Both the position numbers and the translations under genes were made by a program. A stretch of 60,000 nucleotides of DNA from contig CM075990.1 of assembly GCA_038087875.1 (NCBI GenBank), positions 16,990,001 through 17,050,000 on the forward strand, given 5' to 3'. The notes beneath the pieces were generated by a model. It did not search any database. It saw only the letters and a program-made list of their open reading frames with translations, and was not told the origin of the DNA. Positions 14,164-53,886 of this stretch are shown here, piece after piece. Origin of the DNA: Malacoraja senta (Eukaryota). Each line of letters opens with the position of its first letter. The stretch's first letter is position 1.

Positions 14164-14341
14164 CTTTGATTTTAACAGTGGGTGAATTGGGACCAGCAGA
14201 TTGCTTCCTCCATCCCCGCCAGTTCTGGCACAGGCTCTCGGCTTCAGAGATGAAGGAGCAGAGAGAATCCTCTTCAAAGCGGTCACTGTCTTCGAAGGAG
14301 AAGCGCTCACCATCCTCCCACTCTGCAAACATTAGTTCCAT
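14164..14341 (-). CDS. ZSWIM8: ZSWIM8 (zinc finger SWIM-type 8) first coding exon
   Basis: MELMFAEWEDGERFSFEDSDRFEEDSLCSFISEAESLCQNWRGWRKQSAGPNSPT matches the conserved vertebrate ZSWIM8 N-terminus as I recall it; donor G|gtgagg at 14163. No further exon recognised in 1-14163. Confidence 0.93.
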
Positions 14342-16260
14342 TACATTGACAGCGCCAAGAGGAAGCAAAACAAAGGAGGCAGCCAGAGGTGTGGAGGAAT
14401 CCAATCCGTGGGCAAACACAGCGGGTCGCTAACAAAAGACCCAGGCTCAATCCCTGCCTCGGGAAGCTGCACAACTTCTTCAGGCAAATGTCAACGCAAG
14501 ACTCAGCCCCCAAGTGTCATTTTTAAGTGAGGAAAAAATAAATACTCATTCATCAGGAGCCATCTTCAATCCCTCTCCAGAAGAAAAAAAAATAAGCCAG
14601 TCAATAAATCCCAGTGGCCTGCTGGAAAAATGAAAGATCCCAGAATGAGGAAGGAGAAAGCTTCTTTTGTTGTTCTAGCCGGTGAGTGTTGTCCCTTTTG
14701 TTCTCTCCCTCTCTCTCTCGGAAGCACTTGGGGGAAGGAAAGAAAAGATGGTCACCTTAAATTAATAACACACACACTCACACAATCAGAATGGGTAAAG
14801 AAAGCTCTCCCCTCCTGCCAGGGCGACAGAACTGTGTAGGTCAGGGCATGTTGGTTGTTGAGCAGTGGGGGTGAGGGGGCTGTCTGGTGTTGCACCCGTT
14901 GCCAATGTTTGCTACATCCTCACAGCCAACCATCAGTAGCTCTAGGAACATGCAGGGAGAGGGGTGCAGAGAGAGGGGGGGAGAGAGAGGGGGAGTGGGA
15001 ATGGGAGAGGGAGAGAGAGGAGGGAGAGAGAGGGGGTTGCAGAGAGAGGGGGTGGGAATGGGAGAGGGAGAGAGAGAGAGGAGGGAGAGAGAGGGGGTTG
15101 CAGAGAGAGGGGGAGTGGGAATGGGAGAGGGGGTTGCAGAGAGAGGGGGGGAGAGAGAGGAGGATGCAGAGAGAGGGGGGAGAGAGAGGAGGTTGCAGAG
15201 AGAGGGGGGAGAGAGAGAGGGGGAGAGAGAGAAGGAGGAAGGGGGAGAGAGAGGGAGGGAGGGGGGAGAGAGGAAGGGGAGGGAGAGGGAGAGGGGGGTG
15301 CAGAGAGGGAGGGGAGAGAGAGGGAGGGGAGAGAGAGGGAGGGGAGAGGGAGGGAGGGAGGGGAGAGGGAGGGAGGGAGGGGAGAGGGAGGGAGGGAGGG
15401 GAGAGGGAGGAGAGAGGAAGGGAGGGAGGAGAGAGGGAGGGAGGGAGGAGAGAGGGAGGGAGGGAGGGGAGAGGGAGGGAGGGAGGGAGGGGAGAAGGAG
15501 GGAGGGGAGAGGGAGGGAGGGGAGATGGAAGGAGGGAGGGAAGGAGGGAGGGGGAATCCCCACCCGCTACGTAACTACGAATGGCAACATAAAATGTATC
15601 AATCGGCGAGGGGGTGAAGTTAGCGGGGGGGGGGGGGGGGGGGGGGATAAAGCTTGGCCCCGGTGGCAGGAGGCAGAGGAATGGCTGCAGGCAGGAAGTT
15701 GGACACAAACACACAAACACACACATTTTAAGCACAAACAAATATAATGAGAAAGCAGCGACACAGACACAGACACAGACACAGACACAGTGAGGGCGGT
15801 CGCTGCCGGTGGGGAAACATCGTGGATACTTCACCTGGGCCTCGCTCCAGCTGTTGACCATTTCCGTTTCATCACATGATTTCTTCTTTTTGTGTGTGGA
15901 CCTGGGTCTGGATTTGCACCACTTTGTCTTCCCCCCTCCCTCTCTCCCCCCCTCCCTCCCTCCTTCTCTCTCTCCCCCTCCCTCCCTCCCCTTCCCCCCT
16001 TCTCTTCTCTCTCCCCCTCTATCCCCGGGTGCAGGCAGGTCCCGGGACTTGTAGCCACAGCTCTGTGTGAGGATCGCCCCTCTGTCTCTGTGTGTGTGTG
16101 TGTGTCTCTCTCTGTCTCTCACCCCCTTCTCTCTGTGTCTCCAGGCTGTCTATCTCCCTCTATGTCTCCCCGGGTGAGCACGACCTCCAACCCGGGTGCT
16201 TCCCATACGTAAAAGGAAATGAGAGCGCCGACGTGCTGCACGCTAGTTATTTTGCAGAGA
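14342..16260 (-). promoter_or_regulatory. Putative ZSWIM8 5' UTR and promoter region, possibly with a non-coding first exon ending at 15835
   Basis: Unique, relatively CpG-rich sequence upstream of the ATG; minus-strand donor CAG|gtgaag at 15835 and NAGNAG acceptor ttttccagcag at ~14618-14623. Confidence 0.4.
14955..15555 (+). repeat. GA-rich polypurine low-complexity tract
   Basis: Seen directly. Confidence 0.95.
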
Positions 16261-16269
16261 TGGACTGTG

Positions 16270-16298
16270 GGAGGGAGAGAGAGAGAGAGAGAGAGACA

Positions 16299-16357
<59 letters not shown>

Positions 16358-16364
16358 ACACACA

Positions 16365-16420
<56 letters not shown>

Positions 16421-16424
16421 CACA

Positions 16425-16517
<93 letters not shown>

Positions 16518-16538
16518 ACACACACTCACACACACACT

Positions 16539-16569
<31 letters not shown>

Positions 16570-16793
16570 ACACACACACTCTCACACACACACACACACT
16601 CTCACACATACACGCACACACACACTCACACACACACTCTCACACAGACACGCACACACACTCTCACACACACACACTCTCACACACAGACAAACACACA
16701 CACACACTCTCACACAGACAAACACACACACACTCACACAGACAGACAAACACACACACAGACACACACACTCACACACACACACTCTCACAC

Positions 16794-16824
<31 letters not shown>

Positions 16825-16835
16825 TATACACTCAC

Positions 16836-16866
<31 letters not shown>

Positions 16867-16890
16867 CACACACACACACACACACACACT
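16270..16890 (+). repeat. (GA)n plus long imperfect (CA)n microsatellite
   Basis: Seen directly. Confidence 0.95.
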
Positions 16891-19273
16891 CCTCTCCTCT
16901 CACACCGCCTGCCTGCAACAGAGACTTCCTGCATTCCCTTTCTCCATTCACAAAGGCAGACAGACGTGCTTGGTGCTAAATGTTGCAACGTCCCCGTGAC
17001 CTGCATATATGTTGTTTAAGAAGGAACTGCAGATGCTGGAAAATCGAAGGTAGTCAAATATGCTGGAGACACTCAGCGGGTGAGGCAGCATCTGTGGAGC
17101 GAAGGCGTTTCGTTGCCTATTTCCTTCGCTCCATAGATGCTGCTGCACCCGCTGAGTTTCTCCAGCATTTTTGTCTACCTGCATATATGTTATTTGGCGG
17201 TCTCTTCCCATTGAGCCACAGAGCTGAACAACAGGGGAACGGGCCCTTCAGCCCACCTTGTCCAAGCCGACCCATTTGGCAAACTGGGCTGGTCCCAGTT
17301 GCCTGCATTCCTCTGAACCCTTCCTGTCTCTCTGTCTTTTAGAGTCAGACAGAACAGAAACAGGCCCTTTGGCCTAACTTGCCCATGATACCCCATCTAC
17401 ACTAGCCCACAAGTGTTGGCATGTTACTGAGATAATATGGGGCTCTGTTGAGACTCCACCTGGAATATTGTGCATAGGGCCTGTCTCCCTGTTGACAACC
17501 GTAAACACCTAGTCATGGAGAAATACGACCTTCGGCCCACTGAGTCTCTGCTGACCAAGGGTCTCGAACCGAAACGTCACCTATCCCCTCTCTCCAGAGA
17601 TGCTGCCTGTCCCGCTGAGTTACTCCAGCTTTTTGTGTCTATCTTCAGTTTAAACCAGCATCTGCAGTTCCTTCCTACACTGACCATTAACCACCTATTT
17701 ATACTAATCTTACATTAATCTAAGTTTTATTTGTCCCACATTCTCATGAACTTCTCCCAGATTCTGCCACTCACTTGCACACCGAGGGAGATTGTCAGTG
17801 GGTAATTAATCTAAAAACCCACACAGATAGCACCCGAGGTCAGGATAGAAGCTGGTTCTTAGCCAGCAATAGTCTAATGCCACTGCCATTTGTGACAGAG
17901 GGGACTCTGTGATGATGCGCCCCATTGAGATGCAGCCTGTGAAGGTGTTGGGGCTGTGATAGACAGAGACTCACAGTATTTAGAACATGTGTTTGCTCGC
18001 ATTCCCGTGGGCAGTGACTCAGCCCTGGACTTTATGAGGTCCAAGATAGACACCGAATGCTGGAGTAACTCAGCGGGACAGGCAGCATCACTGGAGGCAA
18101 GGAATGGGTGACGTTTCGTGTCGAGACTCTTCTTCAAACTCAACCCAAAACGTCACCCTTTCCTTCTCTCCTGAGATGCGGCCTGTCCCGCTGTTACTCC
18201 AGTATTTTGTGTCTATCTTCGATTTTAACCACCATCTGCAGTTCCTTCCTACACATTTAGTGAAGTCCCAGAGGTCACGGTGCTCAAACAAGAAGGACAT
18301 ATTCTGGAAACATGGGGAAGTGAGACAGAATAATCATGTTAGAATCAAACAGGAAGCATCAGCAAACAAAATGGATGACTGGATCCATTTGCTCTCTCTA
18401 TCGTACTTGAGTTTGGTTGATTTTATGAATATTTTTGACTGATCATATTGGATAGCTCCCAAAACAGAGTTTTTACTCTACCTCCGTACACGTGACAATA
18501 AGAAACTTAAAGCTAACCGTAACCATAAACCAGTTTTCTTGTGGAGTCCACACACAAGATTACAAGTTGTTCAGCCACAGCTGATCGCACTTCTCGGCAT
18601 CTGCATACAATGGTGTCTGTCTTGTCGCTTCATGTGCGTGGTGGTGGAAAGACTGGTGGAAACAGGAACGCTGTTTCCTTGACCCCACCATAAACCAGTG
18701 AGCCTTTGGAGTAGTTTAAGTGTGTGATTGGTCAGAGGTAGCGTTGTGGACATGTGCTTTGGATGGAAGCCAGACACCAAAAGCTGGAGTAACTCAGCAG
18801 GACAGGCAGCATCTCTGGAGAGAAGGAATGGGTGACGTTTTGGGTCGAGACCCTTCTTTAATGCTTGGCAGTCAGTTCAACGTGATGAATCCTGGCTCAC
18901 TGAACTATCTTGCTTTCTTTTTACGTGAAATTTGAGTAAATCTTTTGCAAATGATCTACCAGGTACGGATTAAAAAACATGCAAGGCCGTTTCTTGGGTG
19001 GGTATTGGTGATATATTCATCCGGAGTTCCTTATTTGATGCTCTGTGAGAGACTGAAACATGTGTTGTGAGGAGTACAGAACTCCAAATACAGGAAGGCA
19101 AATGCAATATGACCCAATAGACAGACTGAAATAAAGCACATTATTCAGGAGGTTAACTCCACCAAATTGGGATCGCCAATCGAATGTGCAGAAAACAACA
19201 CTGAATGGGTTTTTCTTCTCTGAATAACGAGGGTGAATTGAGAACGAAATTCCTTGTGGTTTGAGACAAAAAT

Positions 19274-19608
19274 ACAATAGACAATAGGTGCAGGAGTAGG
19301 CCATTCGGCCCTTTGAGCCAGCACCGCCATTCAATGTGATCATGGCTGATCATCCCCAATCAGTACCCCGTTCCTGTCTTCTCCCCATATCCCCTGACTC
19401 CGCTATCTTTAAGAGCCCTATCTAGCTCTCTCTTGAAAGCATCCAGAGAACCTGCCTCCACCGCCCTCTGAGGCAGAGAATTTCACAGACTCACAACTCT
19501 CTGTGAGGAAAAAGCGTTTCCTCGTCTCCGTTCTAAATGGCTTACTCCTTATTCTTAAACTGTGGCCCCTGGTTCTGGACTCCCCCAACATGGGGAACAT
19601 GTTTCCTG
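19274..19608 (-). mobile_element. CR1 LINE 3' fragment
   Basis: MFPMLGESRTRGHSLRI; (TATTGTC)n tail. Confidence 0.88.
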
Positions 19609-20596
19609 ATGATAGTTAGGGGGGGAATCGATTAGATAGATGTGATGTATAGCACTTCTCTTACATTCTAAGAGCGTAGGACCACACCACCCTGGCCATT
19701 CTCATGTCTCGCTGCCACCATTTGCTAGAAGGGTGGTCACGGTGACGCAGCGGTAGAGGGGATCGCTGGTCGGCACAGTGGGCCAAAGGGCCTGTTTCTT
19801 CACTATATCTCTAATCTAAACTGAGTGTTGTTGTAACACTATAATTGTTATTTATTCAATTGAAGTCTCCATAATATTAACCATTGTATTTGACTTTCAA
19901 GCTCGCCAACATCAGGTGGCATTGTGGCACAAGTCTTGGTGATTCTACCAATCATTCTCAAGTCAAGTAGAGTTTATTGTCATGGACACAGGTAAAATGA
20001 GATGCAGACACGATGAAAATATCCCTTAAGGCATCACTACAGGCACATAGACAACACACAAAACATATTATACACAAGGCACATAAATACTACAAGGCAG
20101 TGGAAAGAAATGAAGTCTTCAACCAAATCATATGGCATAGAAAGTAGACACAAGAAACTGAAGACGCTGGAATTTTGAACAACACACAAAGTGCTGGAGG
20201 AACAGTGTGGAGGGAATGGACAGATGGTGTTGTAGGTCAGGACCCTTCTTCAGACATTATGACTGAATGGTGGAGTACACCTGATGGGCCTCATTCTACT
20301 CCCATTCCTTATGACCTTATGGATCAAAACATTGACCTTTGTTACAGGGCCTGAGCACTCTTCCTACACTCTCTGAAGTAGAAAATGGTGCATGTTCAAG
20401 TAGATATATAACTTCTCTGCCATTCAATCGTGGTTCATCTATCTGTCCCTCTCAACCCCATTCTCCAGCCTTCTCCCCACAATACCTGACACCGTATCAA
20501 GAATATATCAATCTCTGCTTTCAAAAGTAGAAAAAATCCGACATATCTGTTTTAAAGTTCAAGTATGTTTAACTATTTCCACTGATCTGCATATAC

Positions 20597-20599
<3 letters not shown>

Positions 20600-20648
<49 letters not shown>

Positions 20649-20650
20649 TA

Positions 20651-20687
<37 letters not shown>

Positions 20688-20710
20688 TATAGATATATAT
20701 AGATATATAT
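20600..20710. repeat. (TA)n compound microsatellite
   Basis: Seen directly. Confidence 0.95.
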
Positions 20711-20989
20711 GTCTGAAGAAGGGTCTCGACGCAAAACATCACCCGTTCCTTCTCTCCAGAGATGCTGCCCATCCCACTGAGTTACTCCAGCATTTTGTGT
20801 CTATCTTTGATTTAAACCAGCATCTGCAGTTCTTTCTTAAACACACACACACACACACAATTAAACATACTTGAACGATAAAAAACAATGTTGGATTTGT
20901 TGTACTTGTCTTTCCTCAGTCACATCTTTAACCACTGTGACTTTCTAGGAAAATGTACACAAAAGCTCCAGAGCTAGGTTTCCAAACTA

Positions 20990-21222
20990 ATTCTCCCCAT
21001 AGCCCTGACACCCACACTAATCAATAATTTATCAATCTCTGCCTTCAAGATATCCATTGATGGCCTCCACAGCCATCTGTGGGAATGAATTCCACAGATT
21101 CACCACCCTAAAGAAGGTCGCCATCTCCTTTCTAAAGATGCGTTCTTTTATCCTGAGGCTGTGAGCTCTGGTCCTAGACTCTCCCACCAGTGGAAACATC
21201 CTCTCCACATCCACGCACTCCA
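20990..21222 (-). mobile_element. CR1 LINE 3' fragment
   Basis: DVERMFPLVGESRTRAHSLRIK. Confidence 0.8.
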
Positions 21223-21682
21223 ACCCTAGAATTGCCAGAGGTCTCCATGCTTTCTTTCCACTTCAAGTCCTCACAGATTCCTGGCCAAAAACTTTAAAGT
21301 GATGCGAAGAAAGTTAACACCTCTCTTTAAATATGGGCGAGATGGGTTTTAGCAAAGACACATTTAAGCAATTGAGTGTGATCACAAATACTAAATAATT
21401 TCTGCAGGCGGATTCTCTTTACATACACACCTTAAAAAAACCATTCACATTCTGATGTTTGTACACTTGGGCAAAATACCACCCGACTGGAATCCCTTAT
21501 GTTCCTTATAAAGGCCATCTGGCCTTGAAGTCAAATTGTGGGTTCACATCAGAGAGCTGAAGACAAAATCTATACTGACACATTTTGTCGAGTGCCAAAG
21601 AAATACTGCTGCCTTGGGGCGAGATGCTAAACTGTTACCTTGGAGGGATTTAAAAGATGTTTAAACTCGTGTGAAAAGCAAC

Positions 21683-21945
21683 TCAGTGGCGCAGCCGGTA
21701 GAGCTGTTGCCTCATGGTGCCAGATACCCAAGTTCGATCCCGACCTCGGGTGCTGTCTGTGTGGAGTTTGCACGTTCTCCCCATGAAGGCGTGGGTTTCC
21801 TCCCTCATCCCAAAGACGTGCGGGTTTGTAGGTTAGTTGCTCCCAGTGTGTAGGGAGTGGATGAGAAAGTTAGTAGTGAACAGATGAGCGATTGTTGGCG
21901 TGGACTCGTTGGGCCAAAGGGCCTCTTTCCTGGCTGTTCCTCTAT
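21683..21945 (+). mobile_element. HE1/V-SINE
   Basis: A/B boxes, V-core and tail. Confidence 0.82.
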
Positions 21946-22210
21946 TTATTTTAAATGACTGGCCCTCTATTTGAATAATTAATTATTGTAAATCTCCCAC
22001 ACCAAGATCACAAACACAGGTGGAACATCTATTTAACTGTTGATGATGCAAGTTTCCCACCTTGTCAACCACCAATAGTGAAAACCGCAAAGCTTCTTGG
22101 CTCAGGCACGGGACGAGAAGGGGTGCTATAGCAATGCGCGTCTGTTGGCTTATCTATGGACTAAAAACGTGCTGGATGAAGTCAACGGGTCAGGCAGCAC
22201 CTGTGGAGGG

Positions 22211-22878
22211 ACAATAGACAATAGGTGCAGGAGTAGGCCATTCGGCCCTTCGAGTCAGCACCGCCATTCAATATGATCATGGCTGATCATCCACAATCAG
22301 TACCCCATAACTGCCTTTTCCCAATATCCCCTGACTCCCCTATCTTTAAGAGCTCTATCTAACTCTCTCTTGAAAGCATCCAAAGAACCGGCCTCCACCG
22401 CCCTCCGAGGCAGAGAATTCCACAGACTCACAACTCTCCGTGTGAAAAGGTTTTTCCTCATCTCCGTTCTAAATGGCCCTTATTCTTAAACTGTGGCCCC
22501 TGGTTCTGGACTCCCCCAACATTGGGAACATGTTTCCTGCCTCTAGCGTGTCCAAACCCTTAATAATCTTATATGTTCCAATAAGATCTCCTCTCATCCT
22601 TATAAATTCCAGAGTGTACAAGCCCAGCCGCTCCATTCCATTAACATATGACAGTCCCGCCATCCCGGGAATTAACCTTGTAAACCTACGCTGCACTCCC
22701 TCAATAGCAAGAATGTCCTTCCTCAAATTAGGGGACCAAAACTGCACACAATACTCCAGGTGTGGTCTCACTAGGGCCCTGTACAACTGCAGAAGGGCCT
22801 CTTTGCTCCTATACTCAACTCCTCTTGTTATGAAGGCCAACATGCCATTAGCTTTCTTCACTGCCTGCTGTACCTGCA
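22211..22878 (-). mobile_element. CR1 LINE 3' fragment
   Basis: QVQQAVKKANGMLAFITRG...[13 protein letters not shown]; (TATTGTC)n tail. Confidence 0.9.
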
Positions 22879-23499
22879 GGAAATGGACAGACATTTCTTA
22901 GAGACTTTTCTTCAGACTCAACCTGAAACATTGTCTATCTATTCCCTACACAGATGCTGCCTGACCTGCTGAGTTTAGATTAATTTAGCGATACAGCATG
23001 GAAACAGACCCTTTGTTCCATGATGCTATCCTGCTTTCTCATCTACTCTCTACACACTCGGGCAATTTTTACAGAGAGCCAATTAACCGACAAACCAGCA
23101 CGTCTTTGGGACGTGGGAGGAAGCCATCGCAGTCACAGGGAGAACATGCAAACTCCACACGGACAGCACCCTCTCACAAGCACTTTGGTGTTTTTGCCCA
23201 AGATTCCAGCATCTGCAGTCTCTTGTTCAATGTCTGTTGTAAAGTTGGCTCATGGTTTCCCTTGTATGGTGATGAGTTTTTATGTGACTGAGTTTTGGCA
23301 GCTAATCATGTAACAGAATGATGCTAACACCAGTGTAATGCCCGGTCACATTTATAGAGCCCCAGAGTGATACAGCGTGGAAACAGGCCCTTCAGCCCAA
23401 CTTGCCCACACTGGCTAACATCTACATTAGTCCCATCTGTCTGCATTTGGCCCATATCCTTCTAAACCTGTCCTAACCATGTACCTGCACCATGTATAT

Positions 23500-23963
23500 T
23501 AGGGTTGCCAACTTTCTCACTCCCAAATAAGGGACAATATAAGGGACAAGTTCCTGACGGCAATTCGTTGACCGACTCGGCCGTGTCTGGGTGAATGATG
23601 AGTTGGCCCGTGGGTGCTGGACTGCACACAAAGACCAGCCGGCGGGCCAGCTGAGGAGTTTTGGCCCGTGCAAGGTCCGTCACCTCTTCCAACTCATGGC
23701 CATGAGAAGGAGGGGTGGTGGTGTCGGAGGTCCGAAGGTTGGACAGCTGGCCGGGCTGCCGACCGACGGCATCACGGACGAGGAGCTGCTGCTGCACTCC
23801 ATGGGCTGCACTACATCGGGACGGGTAAGGTGGGGCCGGACACGGCGCCCTCGACCCGAGTAGTAGCAGTCAAATACGGGACAAGGGCGGTCCCGTATGG
23901 GACAAACCAATTTAGCCCAATATACGGGATGTCCCGGCTAATACGGGACATTTGGCAACCCTA
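23500..23963. mobile_element. Non-autonomous hAT-like element with CpG-rich interior, inserted in a CR1 3' end
   Basis: TIRs tagggttgccaa...ttggcaacccta with subterminal gggaca repeats; no clear TSD. Confidence 0.7.
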
Positions 23964-24502
23964 GTTGTGATAGTCCCTGCCTCAACAACCTCCTCCAGCA
24001 GCTCGTTCCATACACCCACCACCCTTTGTGGGAAAAAGTTACCCTTTGGGTTCCTATTAAATCTCTCCCCCCTCACCTTCAACCCCTGAACTCAGGTCCT
24101 GCACCCCCTGCTCTGGGCTAGAGACTCTGCGTTTAAACATGTGGTTCTTCAAATGTAGTCCAATGCAAGTACTGCAACTGTGCCTGCTGCAATGGTGCTC
24201 CACCTGCTGATGTACCCACACAACTGCAACATATTTCAATCAGCAACTTACATGCGGGTTGGATGCAATGCATTCTATTGAGACCAAGTTTATACATTAT
24301 ATTCATTCATCCGTGTGTTTGGAAGCAGCAACATTTCAAAAGCTCTTGACAACATCTTCTTTGGTTAATGTAATCAACAAATGCCCTTTATATAACTGGA
24401 CATTGGCCCCTTTATAGAGTCGGGGTCAGGCTGGGTCTGTGGGTGTTGGTGACGTGTGGGCTCTGGTATCACACAGCAATGCAAGACGTGGACACAAGGA
24501 AC

Positions 24503-24815
24503 TGGGGCGGCACGGTGGCCCAGCGGTAGAGTTGCTGCCTTACAGCGCTGGAGACCCGGGTTCGATCCCGACTACGGGTGCTGTCTGTACGGAGTTTGTA
24601 CGTTCTCCCTGTGACCGCGTGGGTTTTCTTCGAGATCTTCGGTTTCCTCCCACACTCCATAGACGTACAGGTTTTTATGTTAATTGGCTTGGTGTACGTA
24701 TAAACTGTCCCCAGTCTGTGTAAGATAGTGCTAATGTGCGGGGAGCGCTGGTCGGCGCGGACCTGGTGGGCCGAAATGGCCTGTTTCCGCGCCTTATATC
24801 TATAAACTAAACTAA
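24503..24815 (+). mobile_element. HE1/V-SINE, full length
   Basis: A/B boxes, V-core and (TAAAC)n tail. Confidence 0.88.
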
Positions 24816-24839
24816 AGGTACTGGAATCTTGCGTAGAAC

Positions 24840-25256
24840 ACAAAATGCTGGAGTAACTCAGCGGGTCGGGCAGCATCTGTGGAGGACGTGCATAGGTGAC
24901 GTTTCACAGAGTGCTGGAGTAACTCAGCGGGTCAGGCAGCATCTGTGGAGAACATGGATAGGTGACGTTTCACAGAGTGCTGGAGTAACTCAGCGGGTCA
25001 GGCAGCATCTGTGGAGAACATGGATAGGTGACGTTTCACAGAGTGCTGGAGTAACTCAGCGGGTCAGGCAGCATCTGTGGAGAACATGGATAGGTGACGT
25101 TTCACAGAGTGCTGGAGTAACTCAGCGGGTCAGGCAGCATCTGTGGAGAACATGGATAGGTGACGTTTCACAGAGTGCTGGAGTAACTCAGTGGGTCAGG
25201 CAGCATCTGTGGAGGACGCGGATAGGTGATATTTCAAGTCGGGATCCATTTTCAGT
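24840..25256 (+). repeat. 66-bp tandem array (~6 units)
   Basis: Same unit; internal copies identical. Confidence 0.93.
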
Positions 25257-25703
25257 CCGAGTTACTCCAGCGCTTACTGATCTAAACATCAAAGCAAGAC
25301 TGGCTGATCCAAAGCCTCTTGCCCACCCCACCCCACCTCCCTGTATTGCTGGCTCTCTCAGAAAAAGAGAACATTGCTCCAGGAAACCAGCAGGTCAAGC
25401 AGCATCTATGGAGGCAAAGGGAGAGGCAACGTTGTGGATCGAGACCCACAACCTGACTGGTATCCACGGATCTTGAATCATCTACACAATGATGAGAGGA
25501 ATGAGTTCTCTGCTCTGCTGCTGATACTGAAACTGTGGAGTACCCAAGGAATGCTTCAGAATTATTTGTACGCTTGTGAGAAATCTCCCTTGCACGCTTT
25601 ACACATTCAAGGAGAAACACCCAATGGCCACAACTGGTAAACAATTCCCACCCTAGTCCCAAAGGTGAAACCTTGACGTTTGCTCTAACATCCCCTTTGC
25701 AGT

Positions 25704-25709
25704 TTTATT
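25704..25709 (-). terminator. Candidate polyadenylation signal (AATAAA) of the neurotrypsin-like gene
   Basis: First AATAAA I saw on the minus strand downstream of the stop codon, about 700 nt 3' of it. Confidence 0.35.
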
Positions 25710-25853
25710 TATGCGAGGTTGAGTGTTGAGACCCTGGCTTTAACCATTTATGGAGGTGTTGTCTGCCCTCAATAGTGTGTGTGTGTGAGTGAGTGAGTGC
25801 CATTCCAGCCTTCCTCAATGGTGTCATCATGTTGGGTAAACTGTCTCACGTAC

Positions 25854-26045
25854 AGCCACAGACAGCAGATATCCTCCTCTGGCCATAGACACCAGATATC
25901 CTCCTCTGGCCACAGACACCAGATATCCTCCTCTGGCCATAGACACCAGATATACTCCTCTGGCCACAGACACCAGATATCCTCCTCTGGCCATAGACAC
26001 CAGATATCCTCCTCTGGCCACAGACAGCAGATATCCTTCCCTGGA
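25854..26045 (+). repeat. 27-bp minisatellite (~7 copies) in the putative neurotrypsin-like 3' UTR
   Basis: Unit gccatagacaccagatatcctcctctg. Confidence 0.93.
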
Positions 26046-26401
26046 CAACCAGGTGAGGTTTCAACAACACTCTGGTGGTATAATGGTCACCATTACTAAC
26101 ACAAGCATCGCGCTCCAGAATTAACTGAAGTTAAAAAAAAGACACAAAGTGCTGGAGTAACTCAGCGGGTCAGACAGCATCTCTGGGGAACACGGAGAGG
26201 TGACGTTTTGGGGCGGGCCCCTTCTTCAGCCAAGTCCCCAGCAATGTACTGGCCTTTAAACTCGTCTCTCCAGCTTGTGAGTGCAAGTCTGTAGATGTAA
26301 CACCAGCCCCAGACGACCACAGTGCATGAATACTAATGAGAGCCCAGCTTTGTGCACATGAGCCCGAACTAGTCCAGTTTCCTGGCTTTGATTGTCCAAC
26401 C

Positions 26402-53089
<26,688 letters not shown>

Positions 53090-53210
53090 CTGCAAACACA
53101 AAGCACTATCACTCGCTGCTCCTCCTCCATGTCTTGCAGGCAATTGGGGCAGTTACAGAAGGACATGCACAAAGCAAAGGTTTAGAACAGGCCAGCCAGA
53201 AATACAGGTG

Positions 53211-53886
53211 CACTCCTGACACACCAGCTCACCACGACACTACTGACACACCAGCTCACCATGACACTACTTACACACCAGCTCACCACGACACACCACA
53301 CTACTGACACACCAGCTCACCATGACACACCACACTACTGACACACCAGCTCACCATGGCACACCAGCTCACCATGACACTACTTACACACCAGCTCACC
53401 ATGACACACCACACTACTGACACACCTGCTCACCATGACACACCAGCTCACCATGACACTACTTACACACCAGCTCACCATGACACACCACACTACTGAC
53501 ACACCAGCTCACCATGACACTACTGACACACCAGCTCACCACAACACTGACACACCAGCTCACCACGACACCACTGACACACCAGCTCACCATGACACAC
53601 CACAACACTACTGACACACCAGCTCACCATGACACTGACACACCAGCTCACCACAACACTACTGACACACCAGCTCACCACAACACTACTGACACACCAG
53701 CTCACCACAACACTGACACACCAGCTCACCACCACACTACTGACACACCGGCTCACCACCACACTACTGACACACCAGCTCACCACCACACTACTGACAC
53801 ACCAGCTCACCATGACACTACTGACACACCAGCTCACCATGACACTCCTGACACACCAGCTCACCATGACACTCCTGACACACCTG
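53211..53886 (+). repeat. Variable ~24-35-bp minisatellite (ctgacacaccagctcaccatgacacta)n
   Basis: Seen directly; ~120 nt upstream of the kringle exon acceptor. Confidence 0.93.

Noticed and set aside
14660..14690. Plus-strand ttgttctag-CCG-gtgagt, resembling a micro-exon or antisense donor near ZSWIM8
   Set aside because: No partner exons or ORF found; could be chance.
14841..16979. G/E/R-rich, P/S/L-rich and H/T-rich ORFs
   Set aside because: Translations of polypurine and (CA)n low-complexity tracts.
23462..23964. Several GC-rich overlapping ORFs
   Set aside because: They lie inside a TIR-bounded non-autonomous element and show no transposase or other recognisable motif.
24829..25476. 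CRISPR-like regular repeats and a 22-aa repeat ORF (also at 3226 and 56694)
   Set aside because: Units are head-to-tail identical with no unique spacers, there are no cas genes, and the context is eukaryotic; these are retroelement-derived tandem arrays.
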